DNA of 64,000 nt, taken from a virus. The notes below the pieces were generated by a model that did no database searches, had not been told where the DNA came from, and saw nothing but the letters and a program-made list of their open reading frames with translations. Where the stretch lies: the IMG/VR virus record IMGVR_UViG_3300046468_001139, one strand, 5' to 3'. This document shows, in pieces, positions 41,104 through 52,268 of this stretch; position 1 is the first letter of the stretch; each line of letters starts with the position of its first letter. The position numbers and the translations under genes were made by a program.

Positions 41104-41733
41104 ATGGAAGACGACTTTATCCAATATTTTGATATAAAAATTCACTGGACCAAAGAAACAGATGGCTGTGGCAACACAATGGTCGACGACTTTATTGATG
41201 CAACACAAGCAATAAGTCAAGATAAAAAATTTAACAATGTATTAGAATGGTGTAGTGGACCAGGCTTTTGGGGGTTTGGGTTACTTGCAACAGGTATAGC
41301 AAACAAAGTTACATTGGCAGATATCTATGAGCCAACTCAGCTTCCTGTATTACAAACAATAAAAGAAAATAACTTAGAAAATACTGCACAATTTATTCTA
41401 AGCGATAACTTTACAAACATTCCGCAACAAAAATTTGATCTAATTGTTGCTAATCCTCCTCATTTCAATATGGATCCGTATGTAGCACACTATGACGATC
41501 CAAGGAAATATAAAGATTTAGACTGGTCTATACATAGAAATTTCTTTAATAACGTTAACAATTATCTAACTGACGACGGAATTATTGTACTTGCTGAAAA
41601 TGTATGGGGGTCAAATCCTGACACTTTTCAAGACATGATTACTGATAATGATTTACAAATTACACATCATTTTGTAAGCAAACAATACCCTTTAGACATG
41701 TGGTATTTAGGCATTACACGCTTACACCACTAG
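41104..41733 (+). CDS. class I SAM-dependent methyltransferase (small MTase/HemK-like)
   Basis: LEWCSGPG SAM-binding motif; DLIVANPPH. Confidence 0.8.
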   Translation: MEDDFIQYFDIKIHWTKETDGCGNTMVDDFIDATQAISQDKKFNNVLEWCSGPGFWGFGLLATGIANKVTLADIYEPTQLPVLQTIKENNLENTAQFILSDNFTNIPQQKFDLIVANPPHFNMDPYVAHYDDPRKYKDLDWSIHRNFFNNVNNYLTDDGIIVLAENVWGSNPDTFQDMITDNDLQITHHFVSKQYPLDMWYLGITRLHH

Positions 41734-41789
41734 CAATCGTAACAGTCCGTAATTAGGTAAATATACTAAAGAGGAATGTAAAAGGTACA

Positions 41790-43490
41790 ATGAGCTTCGA
41801 TATCACCAAATACTTTAGACGCGGACAGAATAGTACGATTGAGTTTCGTAACGGAACCAATTTGTCTTACGCAGGGCCAAGCTATACACTAGTAGAGGCA
41901 GGAACAGAATTAGACCGCTGGTATGTTGGTAGTTACTTTGGCGTAGAATACACTATTGCATGTGATGTAAATAGTGAACGTAAAGAAGTAATTAAAGCAA
42001 TGGCAACAGCTAGTACTAGTGAAGCAAATATTGTTGTTTACGGGCGTAGTAATTTAGGAGATGACCTATTACAATTAGAAGTTGAAGTTACAGATTCATA
42101 CTTTAAACTTATGGCATATCCAAGAGTACAAGATGATTCAACTGCTATTGCAGGTGCAAAAGTAATTTATTCAGCAAACTATTATGCAACACAGAACGAA
42201 CCTACAGCAACACTAATAGGATCAAACGTTGCGGCAAACGCACCAGTTTACACATTAAATCCAAGCACTACAAATACTGGAGAACTTGGACAAACAGTTA
42301 CAATAGAATTAATTACATCAAATGTACTTGCAGGTACAGTTTTACCTTATACAATTTCAGGTGTACAAAGTGCAGACATAGGTGGATCAAATCTTACAGG
42401 ATCATTTATTGTTGGAACAACAGATATTCTTAGTTTCCCTATTACTGTTGACTCATCAACAGAAGGCCAAGAAGTATTAGCAATTAAACTTGATAACAAT
42501 CAAGCTACTACTAGCATTGTTATTCAAGATACAAGTACAACACCAGCTATTAGTTACGGACTTGTAACTAGTGCGGCAAGTGTTAACGAAGGTGAATCAT
42601 TTACTATTACACTAACAGCTGAAAATGTTGATAATGGAACGTTGGTCGGATACACAATTACAGGAGTTGACTCATCTGATATTGGAAATGCCGCATTAAC
42701 AGGTACATTTGAAATTGGAACTACACAACAAATTGTTTATACTGCCTCTGAAGATTCATTTACAGACGGTCCAGAAACATTCCAAATGTCACTCGATGGC
42801 ACAGATACAGTTGTTGAAGTTGCTATTGGCGACACAAGTTTAAGTCCAATTGTTCCAAGTTATTCTTTAGGATCATCTACTACTTCAGTTAATGAAGGTG
42901 GTACGTTTACAATTACACTTTCAACTACAAATGTTGATAACGGTACTATTTTACCTTATACAATTACAGGTGTAACAGGAGCAGACATAGCTGGCGCGGC
43001 ATTGACAGGAAACTTTGTTGTTGGAACAACAGATAGTCTTACATTTAATGTAACATCTGATGCAACAACAGAAGGCGATGAAGGATTTATAATTGCACTA
43101 GACAATGGCGAAGCAACTAAGAGTATTGCGATTGTTGATACAAGTACAACACCAGGAAATAGTTACACAATAGCAACTTCGAATAGTGGCTCAGGTGCGT
43201 ATACATTAAGCGGATCAGATAGATTAGGTGCAGTAAATGGTTCTAACCAAACAGTAACAATTAATGTTAATGACACAGTTACATTTACTATGAATGCTCC
43301 AGGACATCCGTTCTATATTAAAACAGCAAACTCAACAGGTACAGGTAATATTGTAACAAATCCATTAGCAACGGGTCAAGGTGCATCATCTTCAGGTAAT
43401 GTAGTTTGGACACCGTCAGCAGTAGGAACTTATCATTATAACTGTCAATTCCATGGAGCAATGCATGGTTTAATAGTGGTACAAAGCTAG
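41790..43490 (+). CDS. virion protein with three Calx-beta/Ig-like repeats and a C-terminal cupredoxin domain
   Basis: Repeats SVNEG..FTI.L...NV..GT...YTI.GV; GHPFYI ... YHYNCQFHGAMHG. Confidence 0.7.
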   Translation: MSFDITKYFRRGQNSTIEFRNGTNLSYAGPSYTLVEAGTELDRWYVGSYFGVEYTIACDVNSERKEVIKAMATASTSEANIVVYGRSNLGDDLLQLEVEVTDSYFKLMAYPRVQDDSTAIAGAKVIYSANYYATQNEPTATLIGSNVAANAPVYTLNPSTTNTGELGQTVTIELITSNVLAGTVLPYTISGVQSADIGGSNLTGSFIVGTTDILSFPITVDSSTEGQEVLAIKLDNNQATTSIVIQDTSTTPAISYGLVTSAASVNEGESFTITLTAENVDNGTLVGYTITGVDSSDIGNAALTGTFEIGTTQQIVYTASEDSFTDGPETFQMSLDGTDTVVEVAIGDTSLSPIVPSYSLGSSTTSVNEGGTFTITLSTTNVDNGTILPYTITGVTGADIAGAALTGNFVVGTTDSLTFNVTSDATTEGDEGFIIALDNGEATKSIAIVDTSTTPGNSYTIATSNSGSGAYTLSGSDRLGAVNGSNQTVTINVNDTVTFTMNAPGHPFYIKTANSTGTGNIVTNPLATGQGASSSGNVVWTPSAVGTYHYNCQFHGAMHGLIVVQS

Positions 43491-43515
43491 TGATAAATAC
43501 TATTGGAGAAACTAA

Positions 43516-44544
43516 ATGGCAGTAATTAAATCACCCTTCCAAGCTCAGTATGGCTTTAAAAGCCCGGGCTTCATGGTCGACGAAGTAGGTAACGTACAAC
43601 TTCGTACACTTACCTATACAGTAACAGAAGATGTTGTAGATACTGCTGGCGACTTTTTATTACGCCAAGCTGGTAATAGCTTTACTATTGATGGTAAAAC
43701 AGATCCAGACGATCTTCCTAACTTATTATCAAACCCAACGTTTGAATTAACTAGGGGAAGTAGTTATGTTTTTAACTTATTTTTAAGAGAATTAAATGAA
43801 GCCGGTGATATTACTGGTAACATGACATTGAATTTTTATAGCTTTGACGGATCAGTATACCAACCATATACTTCAGGGCTATCACATACATCTTTAGATG
43901 GCGAAACAACAGTAACAGGTATTGATGCTCAAAGTAAGTTTGAAGGTAAATTAACTTTTGCTGTACCTGATAACGCTCCAGCAACATTATGGTACGGCGA
44001 TGGTGATCAAATACCATTAGTAGAAATTACAGTTATTGATCCACTAGTTAGTGGTATTGGTAATTTTAGTAGAATTACAACAACAGGCAACTTAACAGCC
44101 CAAGGCGAAAACGCAGTTATTACACTTGCACCTAGTGGAAGTTCAGGTACGGTACTTATTAATCCTGGAAACGGTGGTACAATTAATAACATGGATGTTA
44201 CTACTAACTTATTAACAGTAACAGAAACTGCAAACTTTACAGGTTTAAACGCAAATGTAAATGTAAGCCCAACAGGCAATGGTAGATTAACTGTTGCACC
44301 AGCAGGTGGCGGTAATATAGACGGTGTAAGCATTGGTTTAACCAAGCCAGGTGCAGTTACCACTAACCACTTAACAGCGACCGCAGGAACAATAAATAAC
44401 ACTACAATTGGAGCAGTAACTCCGGCCAATGCAACGTTTGCTACAGCACAAGTACAAGCAAACCCAACATCAGCTACGACAGTTACTAATAAAAAATATG
44501 TGGACAGTAGGGCATCAGCAATGGCTGTTGCTTTCGGAATGTAG
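43516..44544 (+). CDS. tail structural protein with a degenerate cupredoxin-like domain
   Basis: NP..EL.RG..Y.F, LTF.VP..AP..LWY, IN.T.IG..TP, TNKKYVD. Confidence 0.55.
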   Translation: MAVIKSPFQAQYGFKSPGFMVDEVGNVQLRTLTYTVTEDVVDTAGDFLLRQAGNSFTIDGKTDPDDLPNLLSNPTFELTRGSSYVFNLFLRELNEAGDITGNMTLNFYSFDGSVYQPYTSGLSHTSLDGETTVTGIDAQSKFEGKLTFAVPDNAPATLWYGDGDQIPLVEITVIDPLVSGIGNFSRITTTGNLTAQGENAVITLAPSGSSGTVLINPGNGGTINNMDVTTNLLTVTETANFTGLNANVNVSPTGNGRLTVAPAGGGNIDGVSIGLTKPGAVTTNHLTATAGTINNTTIGAVTPANATFATAQVQANPTSATTVTNKKYVDSRASAMAVAFGM

Positions 44545-44552
44545 GAAAACAA

Positions 44553-47500
44553 ATGGCAAAGAAAAAAATTGACTCGTATATATTTCAACCAGGTATTCCT
44601 GTTAGTGAAAATAGATTTCCATATGCATACAAATTAATTAACGATAATACAGACTTTATTGTTGACGAATTATCAGCATGGCTTACTGCACAAGTTGCGG
44701 CAAACACAGGAAATCCGGGTTCAATATGGTACAACTATACATACAACGATGTGCTATGTAGACGTGATACACGATATAACTTACAAGGTACAGACGGAGT
44801 AACAGGTGTACTTTGGGATTTACGTTATGGCGGAAATTACCAAGCACGTTTCTTAGCAAGTAAGTATTGGATTAATTCAACACCACAGATTGATGGTGAT
44901 AGAGCTCCTGAAATTGCGGCAAAGAACTTTGTTGTTAGTTTAATTAACAACTACATTTTACCACAAGTTCCTTACACAAGTTTACAAGCAGATCCGGCTA
45001 CAACTACACAAGTTTATGACAACGGTAGTACTTATGAAACAGGTACTGATGCAAGAATAACAGAGCTAATGGGTATCATTACAACTGTTATTGCAGGCGG
45101 ACTAGATGTTATTCCACCACTACAGAGATCACAAATTTCAAGTGTTAAGATTCAGACTCGTGTTCCTGCAAACGATTTATTGTTGATTACAGATTCAACA
45201 AACAACGAAATTTTATATAACTTTAGTGATCCAGACTTAGGTGCTAGTGTTGCATTCCAAACAGATGACACTTCACAGTTAACTAAAGGTGTAGAAGAAG
45301 ACTTTCCAAAGTTCCTTGAAAGAACTGGTACAGTTACTACAATCTTTCTTGCTAAAGATACAGACAATAGAGTTTACTCTCCAAAGGCAGTAGCACTATT
45401 AGAAGCAAATACAAATTTTATTAAGAAAGAAACTGTTGCTTGGATTGCAAGTAAAGTTGCGGCAAGTACAAGACAAACTCCTACTGCGGCGGCATATAGT
45501 CCTGCAAGTGGAAAGTTAGTTTTAACAATGGCGGCGCATGGATATTACAGAGGCGATTATATTAAAATTGCTACAGGTGGATTAACATTTACTTGTGGAT
45601 ATGACAACCATGCTACTGAACATGCTTATCCAAGAGCAAGTGGGGTGCCTAATGATACAGGAACAGATCCATTTTATAATAAACCAATTTTAGTTGAAAG
45701 TTCTACTACGGACACAGTTACAGTTAATATTGGTATTTCATCTGATACTTCAGAACACACATTTGTATCAGCAACAGCTAATGCAATTTCAGATGTATGG
45801 TACAACTATACATACAATACTGCCAAGTGTGAAAGAGATATGGGCTTTAATGTTGAAGGTATTACTAACGATATTAAATATTCTGGTAATACACTAACAC
45901 ACTTTAATGCTAGTAAGTATTGGGTGCAAACTACGCCACAAATTGACGGCGATAGAATGCCAGAAGTTTTAGCAAAACACTTTGCAAGAGATTTAATTAA
46001 TAATTATATTTTCTCTAATACAACATACCCAACACAACAAACAGGCGTAGGTGCAGTTGCACAAAATACAATCCTGCAAATTAGTGAGTTGAATGTTAGT
46101 CAAAGAGTAACAGAATTGTTTAGTGTTATTACAAACGTTATTGAAAACGGTTTAAGTGTACTACCAATTAAAGAAGAAGTTAAACAGTTTTACGATACAG
46201 ACGATATTCAAATCTTTATTGACCAAGGTGATGTTATTACTAGACCACATGACTTTGGTACAGATGCTATTGAACGTATGCGTGTTAGTAACTCAGTATC
46301 TATGCTTGATGCTGACTTTGAGTATGGACTACAGCCTACGAAGTGGCAAGCGATTGCTATGCAAAGAGGGTATCCAAGTATTTACGAAGTACCAGGCACA
46401 GATACAGTTGTATCAACAGTTGTAACAGATGCTTCAGTAGGTACAAACGGTGTTGGACAAAGTTTAATTACTGTAACTACAGTTGGACCACACGGTATTA
46501 CAGCAGGTACTCCTATTACAATTAAGGCACTAGAAAATAGTGTTGCTGGTGCAAGTAGAGCAGAGGGATCGTTTATTGTTTCAACTGTTCCATCAAACAG
46601 TACATTTACATTCTTTGCTAAATCAAAAGTTGGATCAACTAACGGTGAAGTATTATCAACATACTACACTCAATTAAGACAAGCAGGATTTTATACAGGT
46701 GCGGCAATTGGCCAGCCACAGTTTACTATTTTATCACAGGGTGCGGCAGGTACATGGATTAACCCATTAGCGGCGGCAACTGGATCAAGTATTATTACTT
46801 GGGAAGGTACAGCACCAGAAGTTGGTGCTCCTGTTATTAATGAAGGCGGCCAAGTAGCAACAGTTGGTACATTTAGTGCCGCAGATGCATCACGTTTAGG
46901 TGGCACATACACAGTTTCAACAGGATTTTCAAACAGTATTGCGGCAGACTTAATTGTAGGTACATATAAAATTATTGTTAACGGAACTGGCGAAGTTACA
47001 AGCGTTGAGATTTTAAATCCAGGAAGAAATAATGCCGCTGGTGATATTGTTACTATTGCAGATAGTTCATTAGGTAATGGCGGAGGTGCAGACTTTACGT
47101 TTGTAGTTGCTAGTATTACACAAGGAGCAGGTATTGGAAGTGGTGCTCAGGTTACAAGTTTAACAGGCGGAGTTGTTGGCGTATCAGATAACGGTGGTAT
47201 TTTAAATACACTTGACGTTAGTGGAGATTTTCCAATTGGTTCTAACGCAATTGATGTTGTTGATGCAACAGGTATTGTGCAAGGTGAAGCAATTGATAGA
47301 GGTGATGGAACAGCGATTCATGTTACTACTATTGTAGGTAATACACTTAACTTTGACGGAAATACTACAGGTGCTATTGTAGGTAATACAGTATCATACA
47401 CAGGAATTACTGGTACTAATTATGAATCAGCAGGTTCAGGTGCAACGTTTAATATTGACAGAGGTAATCCTACCTTAGGACAATACACAGTTACAATGCA

Positions 47501-50500
47501 AACATCAGGTATTAACTTTGAAGTAGGTGATGTGTTAGTTGTAGATGGACAAACATTAGGTGGTACTACAGGTACAAACGATTTAAGAATTACAGTTGAT
47601 ACTATTGATGTTGGCGGAGTAATTTTAACATTTAGTTTCACAGGTGTAGCATTTGACGGTAATGCAGTATTAACAAATGTTGCAGGTACAAATATTAACG
47701 GTCAAGGTACAGGACTAATACTTGATGTTACGAGTAGTGCAGGTGTATACACAGCAGTTACAGATGACCCAACATTTACAGATTTACCTCCAGAAGCAAC
47801 TACAGGTGGAACTGGAGCAACATGGGACGTTACGTTAACTAACAACGTTTATAGTCCAGTTGTTAAAAATTCTGGTTCAACAGATACAGGATACAGCGTA
47901 GGTGGAGTTATTAGAATTCCGGGTAACGTATTTGGTGGTGCAAGTCCAACTAACGATTTAGATATTACTATTAACGGTGTTGACGGCACAGGAGCAATTA
48001 CATCCTTTACAGAATCAGGTACTGGTGCAGATGCAATAGCAAACTTTGCAGGACCATCGTTTACTACAAGCTCAATTGGTACTGGAGCAGAAGTTAACGT
48101 TTCATTTACTGGTAGCACATATGCAGTTAACCCATCATCACCAGGTTCAGGATATGCACAAAACGAAACACTTACAATACTAGGTACAGAATTAGGTGGT
48201 ACAAGTCCAACTAACGATGCAACAGTTACTATTGATAGTGTAGGTGGTAGTGGAGAAATTACAGGATTAAGTATTTCAGGAACAGCAGTTAATAGTGCCT
48301 CATTTACTAATATTACTTCAGGATATAATGTTGTAGGAACAGGAGCAACATTTAACGTTACTCAAAATTCAAACGGAACATATACAGTTTCACTAGGTAG
48401 TACTATTGGAACAGACTATGCTAATGGATCAACACTTACAATTTTAGGTAACAACGTAGGCGGTCAAAGTCCGGCTAACGATATTACAATTAATATTACA
48501 GGTGTAGATTCCGCTGGTAGTATTACAAGTATTACAAGTTCAGGTACATCATTAGCACCAACACAAGGTTATGTAGTTGGAGATAGATTAGCTATACAAG
48601 GAGATGTATTCCCAGGAGGAACAAGTCCAACTAACGATGCACTTATTGAAGTAACATCAGTAAGTACAGGAGTTATTACTGGATTTACAATTACAGGTAC
48701 AGGCCCAACAGCTAACACATCTTATCCAAGTGTAGCATATACATACCCAACAGGTAGTGGTGCAGATGCAGACTTTACTATTAGTAAACAAGGTTCAGTA
48801 TACGGATTAACAATTACAAATGCTGGTACAGGATACTTGGTAGGTGAAACACTTGTTATAGCAGGTACGGCATTAGAAGGTGCAAGTCCAGCAAACGATG
48901 CAACAATTACAGTAGCGTCAATTGACACAGGTGGTGAAATACTAACGGCAACAATTGGTGGTACAGGTAATGACGAAGTAGTATTCCAAGACATTAAACA
49001 AAGTGATAATCAAATTCAAATGCTACAAGGTAGTACTGCAACATTTGATATTACAATTAGTAATGGAGCATATAGTGGTGTAGTTAATACTCCAGGTACA
49101 GGTTATTTTGATGACCATACAATTTTAGTTCCAGGTACACAGCTAGGTGGTACAACACCAGCTAATGATTTAACAATTACTGTTGACGCAACAGACGATA
49201 GTGGTGCAAGAACTGATGAAGGTTCTATTACAACAATTAGTGTAGCAGGTACAGGTCCAAGTGGAGTAGGTGCTTATACAAATGTTGGTGCTCAAGCATT
49301 AAGTAACACAGGTACAAGTGCAGAATTTACTATACAAAGAACTGGTAGTAGTTATAGCAATCCGCAAATTGCACAAGACGGTGAAAACTATCAAGTAGGT
49401 AACAAAATTAAAATACTAGGTACTGATTTAGGTGGTGCAAGTCCAGCAAATGATGCTTCAATTAGTATTACTGAAGTATCAACAGACGGTAGTATTATTG
49501 ATACAAGTATTTCAGGAACAGCAGTTCCAGGAGATACAACAGTAACTTATGCAACTGTAACAATGTCAGAACTGTTAACACAGGCAATACCAAGCCCAAC
49601 ATTAATTGCGTTCGCGGCATTGGCAACAACTGAAGTTTCGTTTGCATCAGCACACGGACTAATACCAGGTGATGCATTTATTGTTACACAAAACTCAGAC
49701 GATGGTACTAACAACCATACACTATTAGAAGGACCGTTCTTTGCACAACAGGTTCCAACTACAACAAGTTTAAGATACCAATGTAGAGCTCCAGGTACTA
49801 TTACACAAACTGGTGATATTAGTGCTACGCTTTATCCAAGACCGGACAGTTTCTTTGTTCATAGACCATATGACGGAGGAGTTATGCTTGGTACTGGAGG
49901 ACCACAACACGGTGCTCAAGCAATTAGACAGAGTAAAAAATATATTAGATACCAGTCAGGTAAAGGTATTATGTATACCACTGGTGCATTGTTTGCTCCA
50001 AGTTATGATCTATTAAATGTAACCGCAGACGGATTAACAGCAGGTAGCTTTATTGAAGTTACAACTGATGATGTTGATCACGGACTACAAGTTGGTGGAC
50101 AAATTAGATTAATTGGTATTGAAACACCAGGTTATAACGGAAACTATACAGTAGCAAGTATTGTAAGTGAAAGAACATTCAAAGTTATATCGCAAATTGC
50201 TGTTGGTTCATTATCACCAATATTAAGTACAAGAGCTCAAGTATCACTGCTTAACTGGCACGGTGCAACTGTGCGTTCAGGTGCATTTGATGATCAAAAC
50301 GGAATCTTTATGGAGTATGACGGATCAAACTTTAGTGCTGTACAAAGAACTGCTACACTACAGTTAGCAGGTACGGTTGCAATTAACGTTGATTCAAACA
50401 CATGTACAGGTTCAGGAACAAGATTTAGAGATCAGCTTAAAGCTGGTGATAGAATTGTTGTAAAAGGAATGACACACGTTGTTTCACAGATTACAACAGA

Positions 50501-52268
50501 TACTGCAATGACAGTAACACCTGACTTTAGAGGTAACACTAATGCCACTGGTGCTAAACTATGTTTAATTAGTGATAAGAAAACTAAACAAGATGACTTT
50601 AACAAAGATACACTAGACGGACTAGGTAGTAGTGGATATATCATGGACATCAGTAAGATGCAGATGATTGGTATTCAGTACAGTTGGTACGGTGCTGGAT
50701 TTATTGACTATATGCTACGTGGTGATGATGGTAACTTTATTTTCTATCACAGAATGCGTAACTCAAACATTAACACAGAAGCATTTATGCGTACTGGTAA
50801 CATGCCTGTGCGTTATGAAGTTACTAACGAAGGACCTAATGACAGACTAGCGGCTGACATGGATGCAACACAAACTACAATTCCGTTAATTACAGCGTCA
50901 TTCTTCCCAAGCACTGGTACAGTTATTATTGATAACGAAATGATAGCATATACAGGTGTAACAGGTGATACGTTAACTGGTTGTACTAGAAGTGCACCAC
51001 TAACAAACTTTGCGGCTGGTGCAACAAGAACTTATACGGCAGGTGGAGCAGTAACACACACTGAACGAACTGGTGTAATTTTGATTAGTAATACAATTAC
51101 TCCAATCATATCACACTGGGGATCAGCGTTCTTAACAGACGGTGGCTTTGATGAAGATCGTGGTTATATTTTCTCATACACATCTGCAGGTAACGAAATT
51201 AGTACAACAAGAAATACTGTGTTTATGTTAAGACTAGCACCTAGTGTTAGTAACGCTATTGTTGGTGACTTAGGTGAAAGAGAACTACTAAACAGAGCTC
51301 AGTTGCTACTAGAAGGTATTGAAATTACATCAGATGGATATGATGGTTCAAATAATCCAATTAGTGGTGGTATTGTTGTTGAAGGTATTTTGAATCCACA
51401 AAACTATCCAATTAACCCAGGAGACGTTGGTTGGTCAGCACTAACAGGTGCGGCGGCTGGTGGACAACCGAGCTTTGCTCAAGTTGCTCCAGGTGGTTCT
51501 GTTGTATGGTCAACTGGTGCAACACAGATTATTAGAAGTGCAACAGTACAAGGTGCAATGACACAAACTGCTGAATTCTTATATGGTAATAGAAATAGTA
51601 GATACCAATACTTAACAACGTCACAATGGGAAAGTTTAAATGATGAAGTTACAACAGGTACAACTGTTACAGCTTCAGGTACTAATAACTACGCAAGTAA
51701 TCCAAGAATTATTGACCAGGTATATCCAGAGCCATGGTACAGTAGAGTACGTTTAAGATTTAATCAAAATATTAATGTACAAAGTGCTGATCCAACAGTA
51801 ACATTTAGTATTGGTGGTGCATTAAGTAATGCTAACTATTTGTTCTTTACAAAAACAACATGGGACGCAACAAATGCTATTGCAGGCGACATTGTTAGTG
51901 ATTCTAAGTTCTCAGCGGGTACTGCGGTATCTAATGTAGAAGAATTGAGCTTTGGTACAACAGACTATTACAGAGTAACATTTACACAGAGTGCTAACAC
52001 TACTGTTAATCCAGGTGATACAGTTGGGTTCTTATTTGGACAACCTCCTTACGCACAACCAGGTGAAACAGTATTTTCATTCATTGCTACACCAGGACAA
52101 TCGAGTGCATTGAGTCTTGAAGCATTGAAAGAACTTACAAATACTACACTAGGTGGTAGAGGAACATATCCAAATGGTCCAGACGTACTAGCAATTAACG
52201 TTTATAAGACGGGTGGTACAGATACTACTGCGAACATCATTCTAAGATGGGGTGAAGCTCAGGCTTAA
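44553..52268 (+). CDS. very large tail/baseplate structural protein (2571 aa)
   Basis: DADFEYGLQPTKW, RYQSGKG, YSWYGAG motifs; many Thr/Gly-rich repeats. Confidence 0.7.
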   Translation: MAKKKIDSYIFQPGIPVSENRFPYAYKLINDNTDFIVDELSAWLTAQVAANTGNPGSIWYNYTYNDVLCRRDTRYNLQGTDGVTGVLWDLRYGGNYQARFLASKYWINSTPQIDGDRAPEIAAKNFVVSLINNYILPQVPYTSLQADPATTTQVYDNGSTYETGTDARITELMGIITTVIAGGLDVIPPLQRSQISSVKIQTRVPANDLLLITDSTNNEILYNFSDPDLGASVAFQTDDTSQLTKGVEEDFPKFLERTGTVTTIFLAKDTDNRVYSPKAVALLEANTNFIKKETVAWIASKVAASTRQTPTAAAYSPASGKLVLTMAAHGYYRGDYIKIATGGLTFTCGYDNHATEHAYPRASGVPNDTGTDPFYNKPILVESSTTDTVTVNIGISSDTSEHTFVSATANAISDVWYNYTYNTAKCERDMGFNVEGITNDIKYSGNTLTHFNASKYWVQTTPQIDGDRMPEVLAKHFARDLINNYIFSNTTYPTQQTGVGAVAQNTILQISELNVSQRVTELFSVITNVIENGLSVLPIKEEVKQFYDTDDIQIFIDQGDVITRPHDFGTDAIERMRVSNSVSMLDADFEYGLQPTKWQAIAMQRGYPSIYEVPGTDTVVSTVVTDASVGTNGVGQSLITVTTVGPHGITAGTPITIKALENSVAGASRAEGSFIVSTVPSNSTFTFFAKSKVGSTNGEVLSTYYTQLRQAGFYTGAAIGQPQFTILSQGAAGTWINPLAAATGSSIITWEGTAPEVGAPVINEGGQVATVGTFSAADASRLGGTYTVSTGFSNSIAADLIVGTYKIIVNGTGEVTSVEILNPGRNNAAGDIVTIADSSLGNGGGADFTFVVASITQGAGIGSGAQVTSLTGGVVGVSDNGGILNTLDVSGDFPIGSNAIDVVDATGIVQGEAIDRGDGTAIHVTTIVGNTLNFDGNTTGAIVGNTVSYTGITGTNYESAGSGATFNIDRGNPTLGQYTVTMQTSGINFEVGDVLVVDGQTLGGTTGTNDLRITVDTIDVGGVILTFSFTGVAFDGNAVLTNVAGTNINGQGTGLILDVTSSAGVYTAVTDDPTFTDLPPEATTGGTGATWDVTLTNNVYSPVVKNSGSTDTGYSVGGVIRIPGNVFGGASPTNDLDITINGVDGTGAITSFTESGTGADAIANFAGPSFTTSSIGTGAEVNVSFTGSTYAVNPSSPGSGYAQNETLTILGTELGGTSPTNDATVTIDSVGGSGEITGLSISGTAVNSASFTNITSGYNVVGTGATFNVTQNSNGTYTVSLGSTIGTDYANGSTLTILGNNVGGQSPANDITINITGVDSAGSITSITSSGTSLAPTQGYVVGDRLAIQGDVFPGGTSPTNDALIEVTSVSTGVITGFTITGTGPTANTSYPSVAYTYPTGSGADADFTISKQGSVYGLTITNAGTGYLVGETLVIAGTALEGASPANDATITVASIDTGGEILTATIGGTGNDEVVFQDIKQSDNQIQMLQGSTATFDITISNGAYSGVVNTPGTGYFDDHTILVPGTQLGGTTPANDLTITVDATDDSGARTDEGSITTISVAGTGPSGVGAYTNVGAQALSNTGTSAEFTIQRTGSSYSNPQIAQDGENYQVGNKIKILGTDLGGASPANDASISITEVSTDGSIIDTSISGTAVPGDTTVTYATVTMSELLTQAIPSPTLIAFAALATTEVSFASAHGLIPGDAFIVTQNSDDGTNNHTLLEGPFFAQQVPTTTSLRYQCRAPGTITQTGDISATLYPRPDSFFVHRPYDGGVMLGTGGPQHGAQAIRQSKKYIRYQSGKGIMYTTGALFAPSYDLLNVTADGLTAGSFIEVTTDDVDHGLQVGGQIRLIGIETPGYNGNYTVASIVSERTFKVISQIAVGSLSPILSTRAQVSLLNWHGATVRSGAFDDQNGIFMEYDGSNFSAVQRTATLQLAGTVAINVDSNTCTGSGTRFRDQLKAGDRIVVKGMTHVVSQITTDTAMTVTPDFRGNTNATGAKLCLISDKKTKQDDFNKDTLDGLGSSGYIMDISKMQMIGIQYSWYGAGFIDYMLRGDDGNFIFYHRMRNSNINTEAFMRTGNMPVRYEVTNEGPNDRLAADMDATQTTIPLITASFFPSTGTVIIDNEMIAYTGVTGDTLTGCTRSAPLTNFAAGATRTYTAGGAVTHTERTGVILISNTITPIISHWGSAFLTDGGFDEDRGYIFSYTSAGNEISTTRNTVFMLRLAPSVSNAIVGDLGERELLNRAQLLLEGIEITSDGYDGSNNPISGGIVVEGILNPQNYPINPGDVGWSALTGAAAGGQPSFAQVAPGGSVVWSTGATQIIRSATVQGAMTQTAEFLYGNRNSRYQYLTTSQWESLNDEVTTGTTVTASGTNNYASNPRIIDQVYPEPWYSRVRLRFNQNINVQSADPTVTFSIGGALSNANYLFFTKTTWDATNAIAGDIVSDSKFSAGTAVSNVEELSFGTTDYYRVTFTQSANTTVNPGDTVGFLFGQPPYAQPGETVFSFIATPGQSSALSLEALKELTNTTLGGRGTYPNGPDVLAINVYKTGGTDTTANIILRWGEAQA
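47540..49470 (+). repeat. about 8 tandem protein repeats with (L/F)GG.(S/T)P.ND motif
   Basis: LGGTTGTND, FGGASPTND, LGGTSPTND, VGGQSPAND, PGGTSPTND, LEGASPAND, LGGTTPAND, LGGASPAND. Confidence 0.8.

Noticed and set aside
41104-41733. DNA adenine methyltransferase call based on the NPP motif
   Set aside because: NPPH in a small domain with no evident target-recognition domain, within a sugar-tailoring operon; protein or small-molecule MTase is at least as likely
992-50650. Many long antisense or alternate-frame ORFs (e.g. 5788-6804, 9745-10425, 28330-29070, 44007-44588)
   Set aside because: They shadow well-supported genes. Ser/Pro/Val-rich translations without RBS or promoter are expected from codon bias.
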